A DNA stretch of 63,689 bases, filler included, from Octopus bimaculoides (Eukaryota): assembly GCF_001194135.2 (NCBI RefSeq). It is 7 parts of 5 records of this genome, joined end to end, with 100 filler letters (N's around TTAATTAATTAA, not from the genome) between each part and the next. Parts side by side here need not be neighbours in the genome. Positions count along the whole stretch, not along the records: positions 47,761 to 55,714 come from NC_068981.1; positions 55,815 to 61,090 come from NC_068992.1; positions 61,191 to 62,574 come from NC_068981.1; positions 62,675 to 63,689 come from NC_068981.1; 3 more parts are not named here. The stretch is one strand, 5' to 3'. The notes below the pieces were generated by a model. The model saw only the letters and a program-made list of their open reading frames with translations, searched no databases and was not told where the DNA came from. Made by a program: the position numbers and the translations under genes. Shown here in pieces: positions 52,301 to 63,689 of the stretch (the stretch's first letter is position 1; each line of letters starts with the position of its first letter).

Positions 52301-55300
52301 AACTTCTAAATCCACAAATTCTCAATGGCAAGAGGTGGAAATGAGTGTAGCGACATCAAACTCCATTCTTTACCAAGTGCCACATATTAGAGGAAGGAGA
52401 CACCGGTTACTGAAGTGGTTTCAATGCAATTACTGTGGCAGCTGACACATCCTACATGTAGTACATGTTTACTTTAATTATTTCTCTTTTTGAAAAATAA
52501 TCTGCAAGACACTTTCCATTCATAACCAGAAATTCGTTGATAAAATTAATGTTAAAACAAAAATGTAAGAAGTAATTTGGCAGCTGAAAACACTTTATTA
52601 GCACTGAAAATTGTTTAAAAAATATTTTGAAGAAAATGAACAACAGATAGGGTTGAAAATGTTTAAGTAGCAGTGTGTGTCTGTATTTGTAGAGAAAAAG
52701 AAAAAACAAACTAGAAAGCCTTAGATCATAGACCTATTAATTCAGAAGGACTAACCTGGGAACAATGTCTATGACTCACATTTGAAACTGAGGTTTAGAC
52801 ATTATCACAAAAATAAGAAAACACCATGATGGGCAATCAATTCTCAACCAATAAGTTCCAACCACTCAATCACCCAACACTTTCTTCTCTCCGCTCCTGG
52901 TACTACAATTAAAAGCATTTCTACTCCTCTCAACCAGTAAGCTATATACCATCTTCTCTCGAGTCAATCCATTGCACCTAGCCCTACCAATTCACAAATC
53001 TCACACTAATCACTTTGTGCAATTTTCCAACTACAGCTTTCAAGAACAATCCCCACCAATATTGTTTAACCCAGATCAGGTTTGACCCAGCTAAAATAAT
53101 TCAACCATAACTATTTTGCTTCTAGCAAAGTTGCTAGTTCTAAAACCTCTATAAGAGATGTAAGTAGTAACAATACTGAAAAGTAACGTTTGTGCCATTT
53201 CAACATGGCTGATCCGTGTAGAATCAGAATGTTACTACTTTTTTTTTACCCCAGGAGGACATCTCCTCCAGCTGGTTAATGACACAACCTATGTCCGCAA
53301 ACCCCTACCATTTAGCAGTGACAAGACCAGTAGACCAGTTTGGTTTCAGAGTATTTTCCTTTGTCAGTACTGGACATCTGTCTGCTAGACATGCTTCTTT
53401 TCTCTATCTACCATCACAACCAATAAGTTTCAACTCAGTGGCTGTGTCCCCACCTCTTTTTTTTTTTCTATGTAAGTCTGTAAGAAGCTTTAGCAACAAT
53501 TTAGCTATTTCTTGGTGTGGCACCATCACAGTAAGTCTCTCTGGTTGGTTTGCTTTGCCCCCTCCCCAACATTCAAACCCCATCAACTTGACTAGTCTGA
53601 GTGGATCTAGATGCTTCTAACTAAATGGCATATGACAAAAGAGAAAACTTGGCTAACTCAAAACTAAACTTGTGAGGAAGTGCTGATTAAGACTGAGAAC
53701 ACATCTATGTTGAGATATTGCAGATACAATTCTAAAAATAATACTTCAATTCGTCTGATTCTTAAACATTTCTACTGCACTTGTTCCTAAAGTTATGGAA
53801 TTCTTCAATAATTAGAGGATATATCTTAATTCTAAATTTTTTATATTTTTTATATGTTACTTTTATTTCGTTTTTTGTTATTGATTTATTCTCTGGATCT
53901 TGACTTATTTTTTCATTAGTATTTTTTTTCTTCTTTTTGGCTTCAATATATTTTATAACATACATACAATAAAGTTTGATAAATGGGATGAAAGAGTGTA
54001 ATTAAAATTAGAAGCAGCAGTAATGGGAAATGTAAAAATCTGACTTAGCCTATCATGAATTACTGAAATGAATAAAAGAATGCTTCAGAAAAGATAAATT
54101 ATGCACCCAGCTCAAATTTATTTGATTTTTTTTTTTTTTCTCCAAAAGTCTTCAGTTTTGTTATGGAACAGTGGAGATTCCAACTGTGCAAGGCAAAAAA
54201 AAATTTATTCTTGTCCCTCCCACTCCTTTACACCAGTAGAGGATATTTCTTGCAATCATAAAAAGTGTCTGGTTTCATGAAAAGTATGATCATGTCACAT
54301 ATATCCCATTATATTTGTGAACTATGTTCCCAATTTAGTCTTAACATTTGCTTATTCATTTCAGTAATTCAGAAAACCAAGTTAATTTTTTATAAACTTC
54401 TGTTTCTAATATTGCCACTTTCCTACAATACTGCCAAGTCAGCATTCTTCAATGCCAAATTACTTTAAAAATTTTTGCTCTTGGTTTTAGAATACCACTT
54501 TTGCAACTCAAGTCAAGATATATATAAATCTGTCTGGTATATCAAAAATCAAGTCTTTTTAGGTTGTAGAGCCAAGAGTACTGTCATGTGGTTTTCATTT
54601 TCAATCTACTTCCAAGCAACTGACAGCAATCAACCATCAGATGCTCAGCAACTCACTGGCAGTCACTTTGTTTTTGACTATGAATTTGGGCACCTTACCC
54701 AGAACTACTCAAAAAGGAATCTGTTTTATGATGTAAAGAGATTAAGTTCAAAAGGCTGTTAACAGTTCAAACTTATTGCAAACTTTGTTATGAATACTCA
54801 TATTGTTCTAAAATTGAACAACCTCTCCACACATGAAAAATCTAAGAACCATATGAGGACATCAAGACCAAACATAACTCGATGAGATGTGTATTCCAGT
54901 CCAAAATGATAAAACCAAAGTTGCATATTATTGACGTGTCACCCATCATTGTGCAATACATATGGTTAATAATGACAAGAGAGTGCACTTGAGTAATTAA
55001 GTGACAAAGAACTGTTTAATAAAAAAAAACCCATTTTGTCTTCACTACAAACTGATCTGAATGAAGCTTTCCAAAGAAAAAGAAAGACAATGTAGGACAG
55101 TGAAGAATCTTGCCAAACAAACAAAAAATGTTTTAATTCAAATATTGGTAAAGAAGTTTGCTTCCTAACCACATAGTTCCAGGTTCAGTTCCACTGTATG
55201 GCATCTTGGGCAAGTGTCTTCTACTATAGCCTCAGGCCGACCAAAGCCTTGTGAGTGGATTTGGTAGATGGAGACTGAAAGAAGCCTGTTGTGTATATAT

Positions 55301-55814
55301 GTATGTATGCATGCATGCATTTATGCGTCACATAAATGTGACATACATTTCATCATCATCATCATCGTCGTTTAACGTCCGCTTTCCACACTAGCATGGG
55401 TTGGACGATTTGACTGAGGGCTGGTGAAACCAGATGGCTACACCAGGCTCCAATCTGATTTGGCAAAGTTTCTACAGCTAGATGCCCTTCCTAACGCCAA
55501 ACACTCTGAGAGTGTAGTAAAATATTTATATATATATATATATATATAGGAAAATGAAAAAAAGCCAGAATGCTGAACTGGGAGCATAATTTAATAAAGA
55601 TTTTTTCTAACCGGTTTTCATTGCGATGAAGCAAATTATCAAGAAGAAGGAGAATGAAAATGTTTTTGTACAAAGAAGTACAAAAAAGTACAAAATGAAG
55701 AAAATAATATATAANNNNNNNNNNNNNNNNNNNNNNNNNNNNNNNNNNNNNNNNNNNNTTAATTAATTAANNNNNNNNNNNNNNNNNNNNNNNNNNNNNN
55801 NNNNNNNNNNNNNN

Positions 55815-55867
<53 letters not shown>

Positions 55868-56120
55868 AAGAGAGAAATAGATCGATAAAGATACACACAC
55901 ATGTACTGTAAAATATATACTCGTGTAGTTATATATACATGGTGAAAATATCTAGTATAGAACTCAATATTCTAGGTAGGTCGAAAGGGTGGCTATGATT
56001 TTGTAATATTTCAAAGTACCTATCTATTAATCCGTCTGTCTGTCCGCCAGTCATCTTTTTTACACACACACACGCTCAATCACATACATGCACATACACA
56101 CACACTCATAAGCACACACT

Positions 56121-56151
<31 letters not shown>

Positions 56152-56762
56152 TCATAGGTTCAGGCTGTGGTTAGATATATATATATATATATAGTGAGAG
56201 AGAGATAAATAGATATACACACATGCATGCATACATGTATGCATGTGGGTGTGTTTGTGTGTTTGTGTATGTGCGCGCGTGTGTGTATGTGTATGTGTGG
56301 GTGTGTGTGTGTATGTGAGTAAATGTACGTATTTGTATTCTGTATGAAATTGTAGCAGTGCTGTCAGCTATAATAACAGTAACAGTAAAATACACTCCCC
56401 TCGCTAACCACCACCGCCACCACCACCACCACCATCGCCACCACCACCATTATCCTACAACCCTTATAACCGCCATCACCGCCATGCCCACTGCCACCGC
56501 CACCATACGTCTACTTCTTATTCTTATCCCCTGACTATCGTTCTATGACCTTCAGTTTCTTTTCTAAATAATATGTCGGTTATTCGACCACCCCCCAGCA
56601 TATTTAGCGTTTTTTAATCCCACCTTCCCCACCTAAGGCAGCCTGTCTATTTTGGTGCATAGACATATATACGCACACACACAAACACACACATATACGC
56701 GCACTCGCACGCGCACACACGCACACAAATAAATTCATATAAATATATATACACATACGCAC

Positions 56763-57230
56763 TCTAGCAGAGATACCCGGCGTTGCTCGGGGTTAAAATG
56801 GCATAGTCTTTTATCGTTTTACTTCTTTCGGTCATGTCACTGCGGCCATGCTGCAGCACGGCTTTTAGTCGTAGTCGAAGAAATCTTTGTAAGCCTAGTA
56901 CTTATTCTATCAGTGTATTTTCCCAAACGGCTGAGTTACGGGGACGTAAACAACAACATCGGTTATCAAGCGATGGTGAGAGTACAAGCACACACACACA
57001 CATGCACACACACACACACATATCCTTGTCGCGAGGTTCACGGACAAAAGGCTGGGTGGATTCGCGTGAAAAATGGCACATATATGGAGACGGGTGCATA
57101 GATTGGAACGCGCATTGTATTTTTCCCAGCCCCCATAGTTACCGAGAAAATCGATTAAAACAACCTGCGTGCTTGCGTGTATGTGAGTGTGTGTCACTGA
57201 AGCCATTCGTACATACATACATACATACAT
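56763..57230 (-). mobile_element. Non-autonomous Helitron 3' end, body interrupted by SINE B
   Basis: Minus strand CCCGAGCAACGCCGGG hairpin, then 8 nt, then CTAG (56767-56764). The 5' boundary is uncertain. Confidence 0.6.
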
Positions 57231-57602
57231 ACACACATACATAATTACTCTCTCTCTCTCTTCTCGGTTTTTCTCTGTCAGTCACTCACACTCACTACAA
57301 AAACTGAATAAAAAAATTCAGTTATCTCTCTCTCTCTCTTTCTTTCTTTCTCTCTCTCTCTCTAACATACACACACACCATCAACATTACTCTCTCTGTC
57401 TCGCACACCCCATCAAATATACACACACACAGACATACGCACGCACATCAATTCTTCCGTCTCACGCCAACTTCAAAAGAAGTTCAGTCATAAAACTGTC
57501 CATGTCTCTTTTCATTTGACGCCCACTTCAAAAGATCCCCTTTCCCCAAATCGCATATTAAATATTTTCACTTGTCCGGCCATTGATCGAGAGATAAAAC
57601 AC

Positions 57603-57803
57603 GAATTACTTCCTGGAAAGTTCCAAGGAAGGGGATGAATTACTTCCTGGAAAGTTCCGAGGAGGGTGGAGGAATTACTTCCTGGAAAAATTCCGAGGAG
57701 GGGGAGGAATTACCTCCTGGAAAATTCCGAGGATGGAGGCGGATTACTTCCTGGAAAGTTCCAAAGAAGGGGAAGAATTACTTCCTGGAAATTCCGAGGA
57801 AGT
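57603..57803. repeat. Minisatellite, six units of 34-35 bp, each with (T/C)TCCTGGAA
   Basis: Units start at 57603, 57637, 57672, 57707, 57741 and 57775. Consensus GAATTACTTCCTGGAAAGTTCCGAGGAGGGG.. Confidence 0.95.
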
Positions 57804-58861
57804 GTCAAAGAGTATCGTAAATAATAAAGAGAGATAGAATGTTGGTGAAAGAGAGTGGAAGAGTTGTCGATCTAAAAGATGAGTTATTTTTCGGAGGAAA
57901 TTACATTTTTATAGAATTATTATTATTATTACTTACGAACGACACTGTTTTAGGATTTCAAAACATTAATTCTTTTCGAATTTCCAAGCCTTTTGGGGCT
58001 AAACAAACATACATAACCACATACACTCGCATTTGTATAGCATGTGTGTGTGTGTGTGTATAAAACCAAAAAGAAGGAAGTGCTTCGAGAATTACATTTA
58101 AATTCGTATCAAAATATGCTACCTGCTTCAATTGTTTTAGGACATTTTAATCACAGCTGATCACGTAGCCGGCTAGAACGAAGTTTGGGGTCGTGCAAAA
58201 CAACTTCTAATTCTTTACAAAAGTGCGATGTCAAATGTGTGCTGGTTATGAGACAAACTTAGTCGCAGTCTGAATTGGTCACAAGAAAACATTTAATTCT
58301 GTTTCCTACTGATTGCACATGCCACAATCAGGGCCATACTCAACCTAATGTTTTCTTGGGCCAACATCCTGAAGCTATACACTAAAAATCATTCTATTGT
58401 AACTAATAGCGTGCACTTATCGCAAAGGTTATTTTTAAGGTGGCAGTCTCTCTCTCTCTTTCCTTCTCTCTTTTTTCTTTCTGCTTTCTTTCTCCCCCCT
58501 CCTCTCTCTCTCTCTCTCTGTGATATTGTTTTTCCCTTTCAGTAAAATTCTTGCCTTTTGCTGAAAGATACGTGTTTGTCTCAAAGGGAGACAAACACCA
58601 GCCTGATAATAAATTGCTGTCTTGTGAACATCCTAAAAGTTATTCCAAAATACCAAAAATGTAAATGGTATGAAGAAGAGTCTAGAGCTGGTAACAACAT
58701 TCCTGAATCATGTAGGGATAATGTTTGGCCAAGATAGGACGAGGGAAAAGTACGACCTATATTGGCAAAATTCCTGATATCTGATGAGGAATGCTACAGT
58801 TAACTAGGGATGGATAAAAATGTGACCTATGATCTCACAATAGAATTTGTAACAAGGAACA

Positions 58862-58903
<42 letters not shown>

Positions 58904-60122
58904 AGGCACAAGTATATACACAGCGCCGGCGCTAAGAGGTGCGAGACCCAATTAGATACTTGTCAGTAGGGTCCTCCACAGTACAAAACCTGAAGATTCT
59001 AGTTTTAAGTAGTCCCAGCCAAAACGCATTGAGGACTCCCCCATTAGCCACAATGATATAGTAGAAATTCCTCATAGCGTCCTCCACTCGAGCGTGTGCG
59101 TGGGCTCCTCTCNNNNNNNNNNNNNNNNNNNNNNNNNNNNNNNNNNNNNNNNNNNNNNNNNNNNNNNNNNNNNNNNNNNNNNNNNNNNNNNNNNNNNNNN
59201 NNNNNNNNNNNNNNNNNNNNNNNNNNNNNNNNNNNNNNNNNNNNNNNNNNNNNNNNNNNNNNNNNNNNNNNNNNNNNNNNNNNNNNNNNNNNNNNNNNNN
59301 NNNNNNNNNNNNNNNNNNNNNNNNNNNNNNNNNNNNNNNNNNNNNNNNNNNNNNNNNNNNNNNNNNNNNNNNNNNNNNNNNNNNNNNNNNNNNNNNNNNN
59401 NNNNNNNNNNNNNNNNNNNNNNNNNNNNNNNNNNNNNNNNNNNNNNNNNNNNNNNNNNNNNNNNNNNNNNNNNNNNNNNNNNNNNNNNNNNNNNNNNNNN
59501 NNNNNNNNNNNNNNNNNNNNNNNNNNNNNNNNNNNNNNNNNNNNNNNNNNNNNNNNNNNNNNNNNNNNNNNNNNNNNNNNNNNNNNNNNNNNNNNNNNNN
59601 NNNNNNNNNNNNNNNNNNNNNNNNNNNNNNNNNNNNNNNNNNNNNNNNNNNNNNNNNNNNNNNNNNNNNNNNNNNNNNNNNNNNNNNNNNNNNNNNNNNN
59701 NNNNNNNNNNNNNNNNNNNNNNNNNNNNNNNNNNNNNNNNNNNNNNNNNNNNNNNNNNNNNNNNNNNNNNNNNNNNNNNNNNNNNNNNNNNNNNNNNNNN
59801 NNNNNNNNNNNNNNNNNNNNNNNNNNNNNNNNNNNNNNNNNNNNNNNNNNNNNNNNNNNNNNNNNNNNNNNNNNNNNNNNNNNNNNNNNNNNNNNNNNNN
59901 NNNNNNNNNNNNNNNNNNNNNNNNNNNNNNNNNNNNNNNNNNNNNNNNNNNNNNNNNNNNNNNNNNNNNNNNNATAGTGGTAGTGGTAGTGGTTATGCGT
60001 GAAAATATAGAGAGCGGTTTCTTTATAAAAAAAACTCCACACACTGGGTACAATAATAATATTGGAAACCACCTTCACGTTTCTTTACAGTTTGTCACCT
60101 TTCAACGGGATAAAAGAACGGA

Positions 60123-60190
<68 letters not shown>

Positions 60191-61190
60191 TAATAATAAT
60201 GCATAAAGTTAAAAAATAAAAATCTGTGAAAGAAGTGTCTGAATTTTCCAGTGAACGGTTTCAGAGTTTGAATAAGTCACTGAAAGTTCGAGAAGAAAAA
60301 GGAAGAGAGTAGAAACTAGATGTAGATCAGATTCTTTATACAAATACTCTGGAGGTCAAAGATGGTGCAATATTCCGGCACCTGTCATCCTCTTTTTTTC
60401 TTCCTCTCCCGATTTCTTATTAAAACTGTAGTCACAGGCGCGCGTGACTGTGTGGTGAGAAGTTTACTTTGCAGCCACGTGGTTCTGGGTTTAGTCCCAC
60501 TGCGTGGACCCTTGATGGGAATGTGTGTTCTATTATAGCCTCGGGCCGACCCAAGTCTTCTGAGTGTGTTTGGTAGACGGAAACTGAAATAAAACCGTCA
60601 TATATATATGAAATGGATGAAACTGGTAAGAATATCCACAGGAAACATTCCGGAAGACTGCATACATCAACCACCCCCACAAAGCAATGAAGGGTATTAG
60701 ACACGAGTTCAAATAAATCCGTGAGACAGGAATTTTGGGATCTATTTCAAAACGGGGGCACCAGTATTTTCTTAACGAAACACTAACGAAACACTTTGAA
60801 ACTTGGGACACTGGTAGAATGTGTCATATAAAACATCTTTTACTCTTAGTCTTCTTAACAAAAAAACGTACATCGCAAGTTATTCCATGTTAAAGTTGTC
60901 GTATTTATGTAATTTCAACCAATCACTGACGTCTATTCAGCTGAATAGAGTTACTGCTGGGCGGTCATAAAAATGTTATTCCCTGTGACATATTTCATCC
61001 GGTTTAATCGTAATTTATACGCATATATTGTTTATATAATAAATTACGCTGTGCGTATCTATGTGTGTAACAATTTTAGAGTTCGGATTCNNNNNNNNNN
61101 NNNNNNNNNNNNNNNNNNNNNNNNNNNNNNNNNNTTAATTAATTAANNNNNNNNNNNNNNNNNNNNNNNNNNNNNNNNNNNNNNNNNNNN

Positions 61191-61225
<35 letters not shown>

Positions 61226-61747
61226 GATAATAATATTAGGGATAAAAATCCAAATTTACAGGTAAAAACTCAATTAAATTCAATTTATCAAAAATTAAAT
61301 TAAATTAAGTTTCACAGTACATAATATATAAATATATAATTTAGAGAAAAGAACCAAAGTTCATGAACTCATTCATTTTCAGCTGATTCAACTCAATTGG
61401 AGCTACTTGAAATTAAATATCTTGCCCATGCTTACAATTTGTCATGCAACCCTGTCCAGGAATTGAACCCACGACCTTACGATCATGAGTCTAACAGCTT
61501 AACTATTAAGCCAAGTACCTTCACTCCATTTCTTTTCTTGACCATAAACCTGTCCAATCAAGGCTGACCTGGGTCTAAAACAACAACCAACCATTTTCAA
61601 CAGAGAATGAACCAAAGACGTCCAAGCTGAAACACAACTGCTTCAGTCACACCACACAAAAGATTTACTGCCCCCACCACCACACCACCTCCGCCACTGC
61701 CTTTTCTTATTCCTCCTCTTACTAGTTTGTAATACAAAGTCACTCAC

Positions 61748-61901
61748 CTGGATGGTCAAAATTAAATTCTCCTTTAATTGCTTTCTTTTTCTCATCTTCA
61801 TTAAGATCTCGATAGAAGGCATCTTGACTGATAATCACAACCTGTCGTCCATTGCTGTCAAGGTATTTCAGTTGGTCAATAATTTTAGCACAGACTGAAG
61901 A
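61748..61901 (-). CDS. UCK: Uridine-cytidine kinase internal exon ([51 protein letters not shown])
   Basis: 154 bp with polypyrimidine tract ttctcttcttgtAG| and |GTGAGT, phase 0 to phase 1. It matches the UCK1/2 segment right after the GxxxSGK P-loop (SSVCAKI...SQD.FY...G.FNFDHP). It is absent from the ORF track because it has no ATG. Confidence 0.93.
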
Positions 61902-62214
61902 CTACAAGAAGAGAAATGAAACATGTCAGAGACACATCAGATAAGTTTGGAGCGTAAATAATATTTGGAAGATAAATAATATTATGGCGTGCAGAAACTG
62001 ACCCAATGTTATTTAATTATTAAGTATTTCAGAGACAGCATAGCTAGGATATCCGTCACTTTTAAGATTCACCCAATAGAATTTATATCAAAAAACTTAT
62101 TATTCACAGAGTTGCACAATTACAAATTTCTCATAATAAAGTTAGCGGCTTCATTATATAACATATTATATTATATTATTGTACTCCACCGAATAAGCGC
62201 GTAGTATACTTAAA

Positions 62215-62545
62215 ATCAGATGGCCCGAACACGTAAGCAATATGGAGCTATGGCAAAGAACGAATCAAGTTTCGATTAGAGAGCAAATATTTAAGAAAAA
62301 GTGGAAGTGGATTGGTAGCACAATTAGAAAGGACACACCAAATGCAGCGAAAAGTGCTTTACAGTGGAATCCGGATGGATATAGAAAGAGGGGTAGGCCT
62401 AAGAACTCGTGGCGTAGATCAACACAAAAGGAACTAGAGAAAGGGGGACATTCATGGCAGAGTATAAGTACAGAAGTGAGAAATTATGCAATGTGGAATT
62501 CAATTATAAGTGGCCTATACTCCGCGTTGGAGGGTTAAAGGCAAG
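62215..62545 (+). mobile_element. 5'-truncated RTE-clade LINE 3' end, ORF still open
   Basis: RWPEHVSNMELWQRT..KWKWIGSTIRK..ALQWNPDGYRKRGRPKNSWRR..LY SALEG*. Confidence 0.88.
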
Positions 62546-63167
62546 AAAGAAAAGAACTCCACCAAGGCCGATTTNNNNNNNNNNNNNNNNNNNNNNNNNN
62601 NNNNNNNNNNNNNNNNNNTTAATTAATTAANNNNNNNNNNNNNNNNNNNNNNNNNNNNNNNNNNNNNNNNNNNNTATATATATTTGTATTTATGTGCTAT
62701 CTGAGTATATTCCCCTGATGAAGGCAGAGCATTGATGCCGTTGAGAGGTAGGCCCCGAAACGGTGAGCATTCTCTCCTGATGACCCCATACACTTGCTGG
62801 CTTCCAGTATGCGGAGTTCTCGACTGGTAACACTTGCATGTGCAAGATGTTTGCAAGACATCGATGCTGGTATGTTTACGTCTCCGTAACTTAGCGGTTC
62901 GATAAAAGAGACCGACAGAATAAGTACTAGGCTTACGAAGAATAAGTCCTAGAGTCGATTTGCTCGACTAATGTGGTGCTCCAGCATGGCTGCAGTCAAA
63001 TGACTGAAACAAATAAATTTTTTTAAATAATAAATAAATATAAAATTCAGTTTCGTCAATCAGCAGTTAAGGCTTCGGGCTTCACAAAAAATAAGTTATT
63101 TAGTAACAAAAAATAAATTTTTAAAAGAACAGAATCCAAGTAACTAAGGCGATTTAACACTACAACG

Positions 63168-63239
63168 GGGCTCGTCCGGGATTTGAACCCGGGACCTCTC
63201 GCATCCTAAGCGAGAATCATACCCCTAGACCAACGACCC
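63168..63239 (-). tRNA. tRNA-Pro: tRNA-Pro(AGG), variant (G3:G70 mismatch, A37)
   Basis: GGGTCGTTGGTCTAGGGGTATGATTCTCGCTTAGGATGCGAGAGGTCCCGGGTTCAAATCCCGGACGAGCCC. 72 nt, cloverleaf, intact A and B boxes, TTTT about 40 nt downstream. Confidence 0.92.
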
Positions 63240-63636
63240 AACCGCCGAATTTCGCCAACAATAGTGTTTAAGATATTTCTTATCGGCAACTTGTTCTGTT
63301 CGATACAATATTTGTATCTAAGCGAAAATAATATCGATATACAATAAGAGTAGATTAATCGATGACAACGATTGGACATTAATCGATTGAAGACGGTCAA
63401 AGTTTTCTGTATTTATTTGTAATAAAACTGGAGACAGACTGAGATGGTGTTTAATCAGCAATTTGTCAGCATCCACTTGGTTCAACCACGTATGCAGACT
63501 GTGGTGGGGGGGGGGAGAGATAGAGAGACAGAGATGCAGAGAAAGAGAGAGAGAGAGAGAGAGAGAGTCGGAGGAATAGCTGCCACCGGCACCATTGCGA
63601 CTACTATTGTTATTGGTGGTGCTACTACTGTAACTA

Positions 63637-63681
<45 letters not shown>

Positions 63682-63689
63682 GTAGTGGT

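Noticed and set aside
57603-57803. CRISPR-like repeat array
   Set aside because: Units are contiguous with no unique spacers, the context is eukaryotic and there are no cas genes. It is a minisatellite.
58932-59112. GC-richer open frame next to a gap (..EDAMRNFYYIIVANGG..)
   Set aside because: No match to expected UCK or CTPS exons and no identifiable domain. It is probably a repeat fragment and cannot be classified by eye.
62712-62772. CTGATGA...CCGAAAC hammerhead-like motif
   Set aside because: No NUH triplet with paired stem III and no stem I. At most a Penelope-type relic.

Overview
Eukaryotic (animal) genomic DNA from a gapped draft assembly. It is AT-rich and saturated with microsatellites, SINEs, LINE relics and MITEs; the repeat families suggest an octopus or other coleoid cephalopod, which is an inference. 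Two spliced protein-coding genes lie on the minus strand. The first is CTP synthase (CTPS), with 8 exons resolved by hand between 29988 and 40633, all with AG/GT boundaries and consistent phases. Its first coding exon, one middle exon and all exons after the PGGFG exon are not in resolved sequence. The second is one internal exon of a uridine-cytidine kinase (UCK, 61748-61901), upstream of CTPS on the same strand. A tRNA-Pro(AGG) variant lies at 63168-63239 (-). The rest is intronic or intergenic repeat: R4/Dong-like, Tx1/L1-like and RTE LINE relics, mariner, hAT and piggyBac derivatives, a Helitron end, a HINE-like element and at least four SINE-like families. Best leads: (1) UCK and CTPS adjacent on one strand with phase-compatible exon ends; (2) an unclassified mobile repeat carrying tandem type-I hammerhead-like folds plus a hammerhead-like core on the opposite strand; (3) a six-unit STAT/ETS-motif minisatellite; (4) a 178-bp-arm near-perfect palindrome; (5) microsatellite-associated insertion of an RLE-type LINE and of SINEs. 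Almost all ORFs in the supplied track are microsatellite, N-gap or repeat artefacts.
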